A program made the position numbers and the translations under genes. From IMG/VR virus record IMGVR_UViG_2917762859_000001: a stretch of 64,000 nt of DNA; one strand, 5' to 3'. This document shows positions 49,197 to 59,492 of the stretch, piece after piece; the stretch's first letter is position 1, and each line of letters opens with the position of its first letter. The notes beneath the pieces were generated by a model. The model ran no database searches. It worked only from the letters and a program-made list of their open reading frames with translations, and had not been told where the DNA came from. The DNA is from a virus (Duplodnaviria; Caudoviricetes).

Positions 49197-49579
49197 TGCG
49201 TGATATACAACAGGTATTAGAAAGATGGGGTGCATGGTCGGCAGATAATACAGAGTCGGTCCAATGGTATTCGGTTGCTGCGGGGTTTAGTGGATTAATA
49301 CCAAGTAAAGTTAAGGCTCGCCCCCAATGTTGTGAAGACGATGCAATAATTATTTCTAGTTGTATGGCGCAATTGAATAAAAAGAATAGTGATATGCATG
49401 ACCTATTGCTTGATTACTATTTATTCGGAATGACATTTATGCAACTTGCTAACAAGCACAATTGTTCTGATGGGCATATAGGTAAAAAATTACAAAAGGC
49501 AGAAGGAATAATAGAAGGTATGTTAATGATGCTAGATGTTTCCTTAGAAATGGATCGATATGTAGAAAAAATCATATAA
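49196..49579 (+). CDS. Q: Late antiterminator Q
   Basis: [14 protein letters not shown]...AEGIIEG. Confidence 0.92.
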   Translation: MRDIQQVLERWGAWSADNTESVQWYSVAAGFSGLIPSKVKARPQCCEDDAIIISSCMAQLNKKNSDMHDLLLDYYLFGMTFMQLANKHNCSDGHIGKKLQKAEGIIEGMLMMLDVSLEMDRYVEKII

Positions 49580-49714
49580 AAACTTTACGTACGTAAAAAT
49601 GATGATATTGTGATAAGACTGACATCAAGGTCAACTAGCTTATGAACCTCATTTAAAGTGAGGTTTTGTGTTTTTATTGGTTATTCTCTTTGTCTGCGCT
49701 TTTAATTTTTAAAA

Positions 49715-49749
49715 TGAAATAGCTTCATATTAAATATGAAATAGTTTCA
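49715..49749 (+). promoter_or_regulatory. Two MetR-like boxes (TGAA-N5-TTCA), 22 bp apart
   Basis: TGAAATAGCTTCA and TGAAATAGTTTCA upstream of the MetE-like gene. Confidence 0.65.
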
Positions 49750-49819
49750 ATATCCATTTTTTTTATTAATGCTATGTTTGGTAGCAAAATTCTTAATAAG
49801 AAAATATAGGATATATTGA

Positions 49820-50986
49820 ATGAGCACTAACATCCCTCCATTTAAAGCTGATGTCGTTGGTAGTTACCTTCGACCTGAATATCTACATAAAGCGCGTAGC
49901 GATTATGCTAATGGCACTATTTCTAGCCATGAATTAAAAAAAATAGAAGATAAAGCAATCATTGAGTTAGTAGAAAAGCAGAAAAAAGCCGGATTACATG
50001 TTATTACCGATGGTGAGTTTCGTCGTAGCTGGTGGCATTTAGACTTTATGTGGGGATTAAACGGCGTTGAAAAAGCCTTTTTATCTAAAGGATATTCATT
50101 CGATGGTATTGAAACTCGTCCAGAGACGGCTCGATTAACAGGAAAAATATCTGGAAATAACCACCCTTTTATTGAACATTTTTCATTTTTGTTGAAATTT
50201 GCTGAGGATAATATTGTTCCTCGTTTAACGATCCCTGCACCAGCTCAATTTTTCAAAGAGCTTTATCGACCAGAGAATTTAGATAGCACTAATGCAATTT
50301 ATCCTTCAAAAGATGAGTTAATTAACGATATTATTGGTGCTTATCAAGAATTCATAAAAGAGTTATATCTTGTAGGGTGTCGCAATTTGCAATTAGATGA
50401 TTGTACTTGGGGTATGATGGTTGATTCTCGATATCACAACTCAGGTATTGCTGAGAGCGAAAGTGTAAATAGTTGCTCATGCCATTCAGATCATACTGTA
50501 ATAAGCAATGATATAAACTCATTAGCGGAAACGCTTGTTTATTTGAATAATGAAGCGATTAAAAACGCACCATCAGATTTAGTGTTAACAACACATGTTT
50601 GCCGAGGTAATTATCGTTCTACATGGGCCGCTAGTGGTGGCTATGGACCGATTGCTGAGATCCTTTTTGGAAGAGAAAATGTATCAGCATATTATTTAGA
50701 GTTTGATACAGATAGAGCTGGTGATTTCTCCCCGTTATCTTATGTTTCAGGCAATAAAAAAGTTGTTCTGGGATTAATTTCTTCAAAAACTGGAGAGTTA
50801 GAGAGTAAACAAAAAGTAATAGAGCGAATCTATGAAGCTAGTAAGTTCGTACCATTAGATCGACTATGTTTAAGTACTCAATGTGGATTTGCATCAACTG
50901 AAGAAGGGAATGCATTAACTGAAGAGCAACAATGGGATAAAATTGCATTAGTAAAAGAGATTGCTCAAGAAGTCTGGAAATATTAA
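49820..50986 (+). CDS. Cobalamin-independent methionine synthase-like protein (single barrel, MetE C-terminal/YxjH type)
   Basis: VGSYLRP, TDGEFRR, HVCRGN, LEFD and QCGFAS Zn-ligand motifs. Confidence 0.92.
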   Translation: MSTNIPPFKADVVGSYLRPEYLHKARSDYANGTISSHELKKIEDKAIIELVEKQKKAGLHVITDGEFRRSWWHLDFMWGLNGVEKAFLSKGYSFDGIETRPETARLTGKISGNNHPFIEHFSFLLKFAEDNIVPRLTIPAPAQFFKELYRPENLDSTNAIYPSKDELINDIIGAYQEFIKELYLVGCRNLQLDDCTWGMMVDSRYHNSGIAESESVNSCSCHSDHTVISNDINSLAETLVYLNNEAIKNAPSDLVLTTHVCRGNYRSTWAASGGYGPIAEILFGRENVSAYYLEFDTDRAGDFSPLSYVSGNKKVVLGLISSKTGELESKQKVIERIYEASKFVPLDRLCLSTQCGFASTEEGNALTEEQQWDKIALVKEIAQEVWKY

Positions 50987-51054
50987 TCCCACAGACTGAA
51001 AACGTTATTACTCATAAAACTCCATATATCGTGAGATTATTGATAGTTTTTTTA

Positions 51055-51079
51055 AAACCTCGCTTCGGCGGGGTTTTTT
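51055..51079. terminator. Bidirectional terminator after the moron
   Basis: AAACCTCGC-TTCG-GCGGGGTTTTTT. Confidence 0.85.
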
Positions 51080-51153
51080 GTTATCTGCAATGGTAAGGTG
51101 TCTTTTGGTGAGTAAAATCACCCTTGCACTGCATGGAGAAGGCGCCTTAACCA

Positions 51154-51271
51154 TTGTGGAGAATGCCAAGGCTGATTGGCTAACTCGCATGGGCTACTGC
51201 ACTTATCAGGATAGAAGCACACACGCCATGGGGAACCTGAACGCATACACTCTCAGCGTATGCCTCCACAA
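51154..51271 (+). ncRNA. Kissing-loop structured RNA, second copy
   Basis: TTGTGGAG/CTCCACAA closing stem; loops AGGCTGAT and ACTCTCAGC. Confidence 0.6.
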
Positions 51272-51361
51272 TTATTCCAACCATCCGGAATTACCGGATA
51301 GTTCACATTTTGAAGATCGCCTAGGCGGTCTTTTTTATTATCTAAAATAAGGAACGAAATT

Positions 51362-51610
51362 ATGTACGCACTTAAATTAATTACTGAACGTGAAGGTCGT
51401 AAAGTGGAAGAAGTCCACTGCTTAGGAGAAATGTACCGCCTAGAGTTTTACCCAGAATCAGAAAATAAAGATATCGTGGCGCGGGTTGAACACACAAAGA
51501 AAGATGCTATCCCTTCATTTGATATTAAGCGTACAGATCATGCTTACATTACGACAGTAACAGGTGATACTGTTCGGGTTATTTCCAGAGGCAGAAAAGC
51601 TTGCCAGTAA
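51362..51610 (+). CDS. Hypothetical protein in late leader
   Basis: AAGGA RBS; own terminator. Confidence 0.65.
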   Translation: MYALKLITEREGRKVEEVHCLGEMYRLEFYPESENKDIVARVEHTKKDAIPSFDIKRTDHAYITTVTGDTVRVISRGRKACQ

Positions 51611-51675
51611 GGTCATTTCGGTGGCTTTTTTTATTTCTACCATTTTGTTGATATCACCGAAATGGTTTCGTATAT

Positions 51676-51751
51676 GCTCCTTTAGTTTCAATATGGTAGA
51701 ACGGCTATCTTCGGATGGACGGCTTGGGTTCGAATCCCGAAAGGAGCCTCA
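51676..51751 (+). tRNA. tRNA-like element with atypical anticodon arm (Arg-UCG-like or pseudo-tRNA)
   Basis: 7-bp acceptor GCTCCTT/AAGGAGC, D arm with GG, GTTCGAATC T loop, 76 nt; ends in TCA. Confidence 0.6.
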
Positions 51752-51849
51752 CTTATGCCGACCACAGAATCAATCACAACACCTCACGTTCACACAAGAG
51801 CTGTGAGTCGGCGTTCTATTAACTAATTCCTCCAAATAAGGGGGTGAGT

Positions 51850-52167
51850 ATGAATCATATGAAAGAAACCCCTGAATTTTGGGCTCAAGTATTCCAAGTT
51901 ATCGACGCCCATAAGGAACAAGGCATTAGCGCAGCGCTAGCAACTAGCATGGCTATTCTACGTGGTAAATACAACGGAGGTGGCTGGAAGAAAACGTTAT
52001 TTGATGGTGCTATGTGTGCGTTGTTTGCATGGTTTGTAAAAGACCTCTTGACGCTACTTGGCCTTAATCATGAATTGGCATATCTGGCTAGTGTATTCAT
52101 TGGGTATGTCGGTGTGGATGGATTAAGTAAACTCATTAAGGGTAAGGCAGGGCTGAAAAATGACTAG
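51850..52167 (+). CDS. Holin, lambda S family
   Basis: About three TMs; FIGYVGVD; possible dual start MNHM. Confidence 0.9.
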   Translation: MNHMKETPEFWAQVFQVIDAHKEQGISAALATSMAILRGKYNGGGWKKTLFDGAMCALFAWFVKDLLTLLGLNHELAYLASVFIGYVGVDGLSKLIKGKAGLKND

Positions 52168-52579
52168 ACCCGCACGCGGTGAACGCAATAACAACCCAGG
52201 CAACATTGACTATAACCCACGTAATAAATGGAAAGGTTTAGTCGGAATTGAAACGGGAGTTCCTAACCCTCGATTCTGTGTCTTTGAGTCGCCTGAGTAT
52301 GGCATCAGAGCAATTTATAAACTAACTCAAACATATCAACGTAAATATGGTTTGAACTCAGTATCAGCAATTATTAATAAGTATGCACCGCCAGTTGAGA
52401 ACAACACGAATGGTTATGTTAGCCGTGCATCAAAAGAGATTGGTGTTGGTATTAATGACAAGATAGATACTCAATCAAAGTCAGTTGCTATCTCTTTAGC
52501 AAAAGCAATCGTGGGCGTTGAGTTGGGCTATCAACCGTATTCACAAAAAGTCTTTGAAGATGCTTGGTTGTTACTTTAA
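52160..52579 (+). CDS. Endolysin (RNNNPGNI lysozyme-like family)
   Basis: RGERNNNPGNI...YAPPVENNT; follows the holin. Confidence 0.8.
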   Translation: MTRPARGERNNNPGNIDYNPRNKWKGLVGIETGVPNPRFCVFESPEYGIRAIYKLTQTYQRKYGLNSVSAIINKYAPPVENNTNGYVSRASKEIGVGINDKIDTQSKSVAISLAKAIVGVELGYQPYSQKVFEDAWLLL

Positions 52580-52778
52580 CTCAATAATTAATCCTATCTC
52601 ATAGCCTCGCATTTGCGGGGCTTTTTTGTATCCACGTTTTACGCACACCGAAAGTGCAAATCACATCGAGCCAATATTTAGGTAATGAGCCTTTGAGGGG
52701 ATCAGTTAAAGCTGGTGTCGCTTCGATGGGCTGATTTCCTATTTCGGCAAAGGTTCATTACTAAATAAGGTAGACACT

Positions 52779-53357
52779 ATGACTAATACAATTACTGTTC
52801 CATTTTATGATAACGAGCTTTATGTTGTTGAGCATAACAATGAGCCGTATGTTCCCATGAAGCCAATAATTGAAGGTATGGGATTAAATTGGGCATCACA
52901 GTTTACTAAGTTAAAAAAACGCTTTAGTAAAGGTATTGTGGAAATCGCAATACCTTCTAAGGGTGGTGAGCAATCAATGATTTGCCTACAACTTAGAAAA
53001 CTTTCAGCTTGGATGCTGACTATTTACCCTAACAAAGTTAAACCTGAAATTAGAGGTAACGTTATTCGATTTCAGGATGAATGCGATGATGTCCTTTATC
53101 AATATTGGACAGAAGGGGTGGTTGTTAACCCTCGCAAGTTAAGCGTGATGGAACAACTCAATGAAGCTTGTGCTGATTTTAAAAGAGATGAAGCGATTGC
53201 GAGTAAGTTTGGCAAAGGGTTAAACGCTTGGAAGGATGTTAAGCCTCAACATGAAAATAAAATTCAGAGCCTAAAAGAAAAAGCAGGGGAAATGGTACTT
53301 GATTTTATTTTGATGGAAACGGGTAAAGGTAAAATAACGAGGGGTAGTTGTGAATAA
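52779..53357 (+). CDS. P22 Ant N-terminal domain antirepressor-like protein
   Basis: PYVPMKPIIEGMGLNWASQ; QDECDDVLYQYW. Confidence 0.9.
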   Translation: MTNTITVPFYDNELYVVEHNNEPYVPMKPIIEGMGLNWASQFTKLKKRFSKGIVEIAIPSKGGEQSMICLQLRKLSAWMLTIYPNKVKPEIRGNVIRFQDECDDVLYQYWTEGVVVNPRKLSVMEQLNEACADFKRDEAIASKFGKGLNAWKDVKPQHENKIQSLKEKAGEMVLDFILMETGKGKITRGSCE

Positions 53358-53802
53358 GTTAAAGCCCTGGTTTCCCATTTTATTATGGGGAGCTTTGTGT
53401 GTTGCTCTATTCTTTTCAACCAAAGAAATGATTGAGCTTGGTAAAGAGAATAAAGAGCTAAAGAAAACAAACGACTCTCTTGTGGTTGAAATGGCCGATT
53501 ACGAAAAGCGCATTAACTCACTTCATGAACTTGATACAACACACACGATGGAACTCACAAATGCAAAAGCTGAAATTGATAGGTTGCGCGTTAGTGCTGG
53601 GCGCAACCCTGAACGGGTGTACATCAAAGCCGAATGTCCAAAGAGCGCTACCACTTCCACCTCCGGCGTGGCTAATGCAACCACCGCCCGACCTACTGAC
53701 ACCGCTATCAGAAATTATTGGTTACTCCGAGAGCGAATTGCAGAATCAGAGCAAGTGATATTGGGATTACAGGATTATATTAGGACGGAGTGTGTGAACT
53801 AA
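53350..53802 (+). CDS. Rz: Rz i-spanin
   Basis: N-terminal TM, coiled coil, LQDYIRTEC. Confidence 0.9.
   Translation: MNKLKPWFPILLWGALCVALFFSTKEMIELGKENKELKKTNDSLVVEMADYEKRINSLHELDTTHTMELTNAKAEIDRLRVSAGRNPERVYIKAECPKSATTSTSGVANATTARPTDTAIRNYWLLRERIAESEQVILGLQDYIRTECVN
53561..53758 (+). CDS. Rz1: Rz1 o-spanin
   Basis: Lipobox LNGC; PPPAWLMQPPP. Confidence 0.88.
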   Translation: MQKLKLIGCALVLGATLNGCTSKPNVQRALPLPPPAWLMQPPPDLLTPLSEIIGYSESELQNQSK

Positions 53803-53899
53803 AAAAAGCCCTACGTAGGGTACGAGGGCAAACTAACAAGATATCAATTAAAGTATAGCGATGTTTACTTAGTATAGCTTAGGTAAATATATATACCAG
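53801..53899 (-). ncRNA. Candidate antisense sRNA, second copy
   Basis: Homologous to 19977-20074. Confidence 0.5.
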
Positions 53900-54332
53900 A
53901 TTGATTATTCTTATCTATCTCCTACCTAAATAAACAGCGCAATATAAAAATAACCCTGTGAGTTTGGGCTCCCACAGGGCTTTCACTAGTATGTGTGAAA
54001 ACAATAGATTATCAATATCCACTAAGCCAATCTGTTAATAATCAACGTAAGTTTTTAAAAAACAATCTTTCTTTGCCTGTTTGTCGTAGAGCAAGTTACA
54101 TGGCGGTAGATCATTATCGTCGAAGTTCTCAAGCAAGTAGAAAAGGGCGAATGTTTGACGACTGCTTACATATTGCCAAAGTATGGGTGAATAAATTTGC
54201 TAAGGATATGATAAAAATATTTATATCTAGCGCGTTGTTATTTAGACATATTCTGTAAAAATAATAAGTTAACACAGGTTATTCAGCTATATTGGGCATG
54301 ATTATTTTTTTAATTAATTATTTTAATGGATT

Positions 54333-54419
54333 TTATTTTCGTTTGTTCTTTGAGTCAGATTTTGTAGTGGCGAGGGAAATCAAGAATACAATAGCGATAA
54401 TTGTGTATAAAAAATACAT
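54333..54419 (-). CDS. 28-aa membrane peptide
   Basis: AAGGAGG RBS; MYFLYTIIAIVFLISLATTKSDSKNKRK. Confidence 0.55.
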   Translation of the reverse strand: MYFLYTIIAIVFLISLATTKSDSKNKRK

Positions 54420-54794
54420 AATACCTCCTTGTTTGAATGTGTGTCAGAGAGGCTTTATTATTGATGTAAGGTCATTCGGGAAATAAACATCTATAACAAA
54501 AAACTAGCATTCTCACATAAGAATATAAGCCTATATATTAACATTAAAAGTAATTATCGAGAGTGATGTGAGTCTAATTAATATCATGAGTGTAAATTAT
54601 TTATTTATTAATCATTTGGTTACAATGAAATAACATGCTGTAATTATCCATTACAAAGAATTGATTTTTTATTAAATTAATAGATGTAATTATAGTAATT
54701 AAATTCAATAAATATCATGTATTGAGAGGCGTTGATAGAGTTTATAGAGATAGCCATCAGTTAATCACTGGTGGCTTTTTTATTGGAGAAGATT

Positions 54795-55226
54795 ATGTCA
54801 GATAAAAAAGAGATAGGTGAATTGATCTATAAAGTCTCAGTCGATACAACAGAGTTAGATAAGTTAGAAGAGCAACTCACTCGCATTAAGCAACTGATGC
54901 AAGATGTAGGTATCAAGGTCAATATCAAACCAGAGCAAGGCAATGATTTCTTTATTGCAGGTTCAGGTGGTTATTTTATTAAAGATGCTGTTATTGATGG
55001 AGCAAAACTTAAGTGCTGTGTATCAGGTGATGCAGTGTTTAGTGGTGTGCTTGTCAGTAATAAGTCAGAGCATGACATCAATGCTCAACTGACAAATTTA
55101 CGAATGCAAATTGATCGACAAGATGTTGCTATCAATGAGTTAAAAAGAGTAATGGAAACTCAGAATAATGCATGGTCACAGGCTGTGAATGATTTAACTA
55201 ACAGAACGTGGTGCAGTCAGAAGTAA
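54795..55226 (+). CDS. Hypothetical phage protein
   Basis: GGAG RBS; FIKDAVIDGA motif. Confidence 0.6.
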   Translation: MSDKKEIGELIYKVSVDTTELDKLEEQLTRIKQLMQDVGIKVNIKPEQGNDFFIAGSGGYFIKDAVIDGAKLKCCVSGDAVFSGVLVSNKSEHDINAQLTNLRMQIDRQDVAINELKRVMETQNNAWSQAVNDLTNRTWCSQK

Positions 55227-55312
55227 AGGTGAAAATACCCTATGTTCAATAAAGGGTATTATCCTCTTCTTTAAAATGGCAGATATCTGCCCTTTAAATT
55301 ATAGGAGATAAC

Positions 55313-55660
55313 ATGCCACCTCGCATACCTCGTGCGTGTCGTAAACAGGGATGCGCTAAGACAACAACAGAACGTAATGGTTACTGTGAAGATCATCAGA
55401 ACTTAGGATGGGAAACCCACCAGCGCGGTAAGTCTCGTCATCAACGTGGTTATGGTAGTAACTGGGATAAGTTACGAGTACGTATACTCAAACGTGATAA
55501 GTATCTGTGTCAGGAATGCTTAAGAATAGGACGAGCAACTGAAGCGAAAACGGTTGACCATATCATTGCTAAAGCACATGGGGGTACCGATGCAGACACT
55601 AACCTGCAGTCATTATGTATTCCATGTCATAGAACCAAGACAGCAAAAGAAAGAATCTAA
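55313..55660 (+). CDS. HNH endonuclease (terminase cofactor, HK97 gp74-like)
   Basis: CQEC...VDHII...NLQSLCIPCH; adjacent to cos. Confidence 0.92.
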   Translation: MPPRIPRACRKQGCAKTTTERNGYCEDHQNLGWETHQRGKSRHQRGYGSNWDKLRVRILKRDKYLCQECLRIGRATEAKTVDHIIAKAHGGTDADTNLQSLCIPCHRTKTAKERI

Positions 55661-55742
55661 TATTAAATATAATCCATTGATATATAACAATTAAATAAAT
55701 TTATGAAAAATATTTAATTTCACATTGATATTATAACGCACA

Positions 55743-55830
55743 GGGAGGAGGGGAGGGTCAAATCTCTACCACTTTCGCCTGATAGGACCGCCCCCTTAAG
55801 TCAATTTTTATACCCGCGAAAAATGAAATT
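55743..55830 (+). other. Probable cos region
   Basis: GGGAGGGTCAAATCTCT...GACCGCCCC between HNH and terS. Confidence 0.55.
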
Positions 55831-55893
55831 AAAACTGGCTAATTGTTTAGCAATATTTATGCATTGGATCCTGAATTATTTGGAGGTTTATTT

Positions 55894-56388
55894 ATGGCTG
55901 GCACTCCGGGCAAATCTGGTCGTCGCCCGAAGCCTACCGCCAGAAAAGAATTGGCCGGTAATCCGGGAAAACGAGCACTCAATAAAGACGAGCCGGTATT
56001 CACACCACTAAAAGGCGTGACGCCACCAGATTGGTTTACCGAAAACAAACTAGAGCTTGCTGTTGTTATGTGGGAAGTCACAATCAAGGAGCTTTGTGGT
56101 CAAGGCATATTATGTATTACCGATCTCGCTGTGCTTGAGCGTTGGTGTGTCGCCTATCATATTTGGCGTAATGCGGTAATTGCGATCATGCGTGATGGTA
56201 CTCGCTTAATTGGCGCCACAGGAGGGCCAATAAAAAACCCTGATTTAACGACAAAAAAAGAACAAGAAAGTGAAATGGATCGCACAGGCGCAATGTTGGG
56301 TTTAGATCCGAGTAGTCGTCAGCGATTAATTGGCCTTGCGGGGCAAAAAAAGCAAGATAACCCCTTTATGAGGATTATTTCATCATGA
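55894..56388 (+). CDS. terS: Terminase small subunit, P27 family
   Basis: GRRPKPT, GNPGKR and LGLDPSSR motifs. Confidence 0.92.
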   Translation: MAGTPGKSGRRPKPTARKELAGNPGKRALNKDEPVFTPLKGVTPPDWFTENKLELAVVMWEVTIKELCGQGILCITDLAVLERWCVAYHIWRNAVIAIMRDGTRLIGATGGPIKNPDLTTKKEQESEMDRTGAMLGLDPSSRQRLIGLAGQKKQDNPFMRIISS

Positions 56389-58115
56389 GTCGTAAATCTT
56401 ACCCGAACGTCAATGCGGCAAATCAATATGCGCGTGATGTGGTGCGTGGCAAGATTGTGGCATGTCAGTATGTGATTGATGCCTGTCAGCGACATATTGA
56501 TGATATGGCACAAGAGAAATCGCGAAAATTTCGCTATCGATTTGATAAGGATTTAGCCGAGCAAGCTGCAAAGTTTATTCAGTTATTGCCCCACACCAAA
56601 GGTGAGTGGGCATTTAAACGAATGCCTATTACGCTTGAACCTTGGCAACTCTTTATTGTTTGCAGTGCATTTGGGTGGGTTCAAAAAGGAACAAAACTTC
56701 GTCGCTTTCGTGAGGTGTATACCGAAATTCCGCGTAAAAATGGGAAATCAGCTATTTCCGCAGGCGTTGCGCTGTATTGCTTTACTTGTGATAACGAATT
56801 TGGTGCGGAGGTTTATTCTGGTGCTACGACAGAAAAACAAGCATGGGAAGTATTTAGACCAGCTAAGTTGATGTGTAAGCGCACTCCGTTGTTAACCGAG
56901 GCATTTGGCATTGAGGTTAATGCAAAAAACATGAATCGCCCTGAAGATGGGGCGCGTTTTGAACCGCTGATTGGTGACCCAGGTGATGGTCAGTCTCCAC
57001 ATTGTGCAATCGTGGATGAATACCATGAGCATGATACTGACTCCCTTTACACAACAATGCTAACCGGAATGGGGGCAAGACGTCAGCCGTTGATGTGGGC
57101 TATCACAACGGCGGGTTATAATATCGAAGGGCCTTGTTACGATAAGCGCCGTGAAGTGATCGAAATGCTCAATGGAACAGTGCCTAATGATGAATTATTT
57201 GGTGTCATTTATACCGTTGATGAAAAAGATGATTGGACTGATCCGAATACACTGAAGAAAGCTAATCCCAATATGGGGGTTTCTGTTTATAGTGAGTTTC
57301 TTATTAGTCAGCAAAATAGAGCTAAAAATAACCCTCGATTAGCCAGTATTTTCAAAACTAAACATTTAAATATTTGGGTTTCTGCTCGTTCGGCTTTCTT
57401 TAATATGTTGAGTTGGCGAGCGTGTGAAGATAAAACACTCACGTTAGAGATGTTTGAAGGTCAGTCTTGCTATCAAGCTCTTGACTTAGCTAGAAAAATC
57501 GATATGAATTCGCGGGTAAAGTTGTTTACTCGTGAAATAGAAGGCAAACGTCATTATTACTGCATTTCACCCAGTTTTTATGTGCCCTACAATGCAGTTT
57601 TTAGTGCTGATATTGAAAATCAGCGTACTGCAGAGCGATTTAAAAAATGGGTAGAAACAAAACATTTAACCCTCACTGATGGCGCGGAGATTGATTACCG
57701 CGTTATTTTGGAAGATGCAATAGCAGATAACCTCAATACACCCATTAGTGAAAGCCCAATTGACCCTCATGGAGCAACTAACTTATCGCATCAGTTAGCC
57801 GATGAAGGGCTAAACCCTATCACAATCGTTCAAAACTACACAAATATGTCGGATCCAATGAAAGAGCTTGAAGCTGCAATTGCTTCTGGGCGCTTTCATC
57901 ATGATGGTAATCCGATTATGACATGGTGTATGGGGAATGTGGTTGGTAAATATCTACCAGGTAATGACGATGTGGTGAGGCCCATTAAAGAGCAGAACGA
58001 GAACAAAATTGACGGTGCAGTTGCATTAATTATGGCAATTGGGCGAGCAATGCTACATGAAGAGCGTGACTTCCTTTCCTCTTTAGATCCTAACGAAGAC
58101 CTTTTATTCCTATGA
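56385..58115 (+). CDS. terL: Terminase large subunit (cos type)
   Basis: PRKNGKS, VDEYH, ITTAG and KIDGAVA motifs. Confidence 0.96.
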   Translation: MSRKSYPNVNAANQYARDVVRGKIVACQYVIDACQRHIDDMAQEKSRKFRYRFDKDLAEQAAKFIQLLPHTKGEWAFKRMPITLEPWQLFIVCSAFGWVQKGTKLRRFREVYTEIPRKNGKSAISAGVALYCFTCDNEFGAEVYSGATTEKQAWEVFRPAKLMCKRTPLLTEAFGIEVNAKNMNRPEDGARFEPLIGDPGDGQSPHCAIVDEYHEHDTDSLYTTMLTGMGARRQPLMWAITTAGYNIEGPCYDKRREVIEMLNGTVPNDELFGVIYTVDEKDDWTDPNTLKKANPNMGVSVYSEFLISQQNRAKNNPRLASIFKTKHLNIWVSARSAFFNMLSWRACEDKTLTLEMFEGQSCYQALDLARKIDMNSRVKLFTREIEGKRHYYCISPSFYVPYNAVFSADIENQRTAERFKKWVETKHLTLTDGAEIDYRVILEDAIADNLNTPISESPIDPHGATNLSHQLADEGLNPITIVQNYTNMSDPMKELEAAIASGRFHHDGNPIMTWCMGNVVGKYLPGNDDVVRPIKEQNENKIDGAVALIMAIGRAMLHEERDFLSSLDPNEDLLFL

Positions 58116-58273
58116 AAAACTTATTACTTGATATCACTGCACTGGCTGGTGTTGGTGCGGTTATGGCGGGGTGTTATCTAAAATATGGTGTTGCTAACAC
58201 GCTGATTATCGGTGGTTGCATTGCAATAACCTATGCCTTGGCGGTAGCTATGAGGGGGAAACGTGTTAATTGA
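58112..58273 (+). CDS. Small membrane protein between terL and portal
   Basis: Read manually, 53 aa, two hydrophobic segments. Confidence 0.6.
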   Translation: MKNLLLDITALAGVGAVMAGCYLKYGVANTLIIGGCIAITYALAVAMRGKRVN

Positions 58274-59492
58274 TGCTCTATTTCGCAACGACTCATCCAG
58301 TTTAGAGAACCCTAACACACCGATTACGGCTGACTCTATTGATAATGACGGATTATTTACGGCTGATGTATATGTTAGCCCTGAAACATCCATGAAATTA
58401 GCAGCAGTTTATGCCTGTATTTATGTGCTTTCATCGTCTATTGCCCAGATGCCACTGCATGTAATGCGAAAGTCGGGTAATAGGGTAGAAACTGCGCGTG
58501 ATCATCCTTTGTTTTATTTAGTTCATGATGAGCCTAACGAGTGGCAAACAAGCTATAAATGGCGCGAAACAAAAGAGCGTCATGTGCTGGGGTGGGGGAA
58601 TGGTTATACGCAAGTTATCCGTAATCGAAAAGGCGAGGTGACAAATTTAGAAGCTTGTATGCCGTGGGAAACGACACTGCTTAATACTGGTGGTCGATAC
58701 ACTTACGGCGTTTATAACGAATTGGGGAATTTTGCCATTAGCCCTGATGACATGATCCATATTCGGGCGTTAGGGAATAATCAAAGAATGGGGATCAGCC
58801 CAATCATTCAACATGCGGAAACCATCGGCATGGGTATGTCCGGGCAGAAATACACAAGTTCGTTTTTCGGTGGTAATGCTCGTCCGGCAGGTATCGTCTC
58901 AGTGAAGGGTGATTTACAGAAAGACGGCTGGGAGCGACTGAAAGATATGTGGCAAAAAGCTTCCCGAATGTTACGAAGTCAAGAAAATAAAACCATGCTT
59001 TTACCTGCCGATCTGGATTACAAGGCGCTGACGGTTTCTCCTGTTGATGCTCAATTGATTGATATGTTGAAACTGAATCGCTCAATGATTGCAGGGATCT
59101 TCAATGTGCCAGCTCACATGATTAACGACCTCGAAAAAGCCACTTTCTCAAACATCTCAGAACAATCCATTCAGTTTGTACGGCATACCATCATGCCATG
59201 GGTAGTGAACTGGGAGCAGGAATTAAATCGACGCTTGTTTACTCGACAAGAGCGAGTGGCCGGCTTTTATGTGCGATTTAATTTAGCGGGGTTGTTGCGA
59301 GGGACACCGAAAGAGCGAGCCGATTTCTATCATTTTGCCATTACAGATGGTTGGATGAGTCGTAATGAGGCGCGTGCCTTTGAGGATATGAATCCTGTTG
59401 ATGGTCTTGATGAAATGCTAGTGAGCGTCAATGCGACTCAGTTCACAGGGGGAAAAACAGAAGAACCGAAAGGGGATAACGATGAGCAGTGA
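58263..59492 (+). CDS. Portal protein, HK97 family
   Basis: AVYACI, GISPI, FNVPAHMI and SRNEAR motifs. Confidence 0.95.
   Translation: MLIDALFRNDSSSLENPNTPITADSIDNDGLFTADVYVSPETSMKLAAVYACIYVLSSSIAQMPLHVMRKSGNRVETARDHPLFYLVHDEPNEWQTSYKWRETKERHVLGWGNGYTQVIRNRKGEVTNLEACMPWETTLLNTGGRYTYGVYNELGNFAISPDDMIHIRALGNNQRMGISPIIQHAETIGMGMSGQKYTSSFFGGNARPAGIVSVKGDLQKDGWERLKDMWQKASRMLRSQENKTMLLPADLDYKALTVSPVDAQLIDMLKLNRSMIAGIFNVPAHMINDLEKATFSNISEQSIQFVRHTIMPWVVNWEQELNRRLFTRQERVAGFYVRFNLAGLLRGTPKERADFYHFAITDGWMSRNEARAFEDMNPVDGLDEMLVSVNATQFTGGKTEEPKGDNDEQ

Noticed and set aside
53995-54258. 87-aa ORF as an intact gene
   Set aside because: Only the middle (MAVDHYRRSSQASRKG) looks phage-like and there is no clear RBS; probably a remnant
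55313-55660. HNH as a defence or homing nuclease
   Set aside because: Size and position beside cos/terS match terminase-associated HNH proteins
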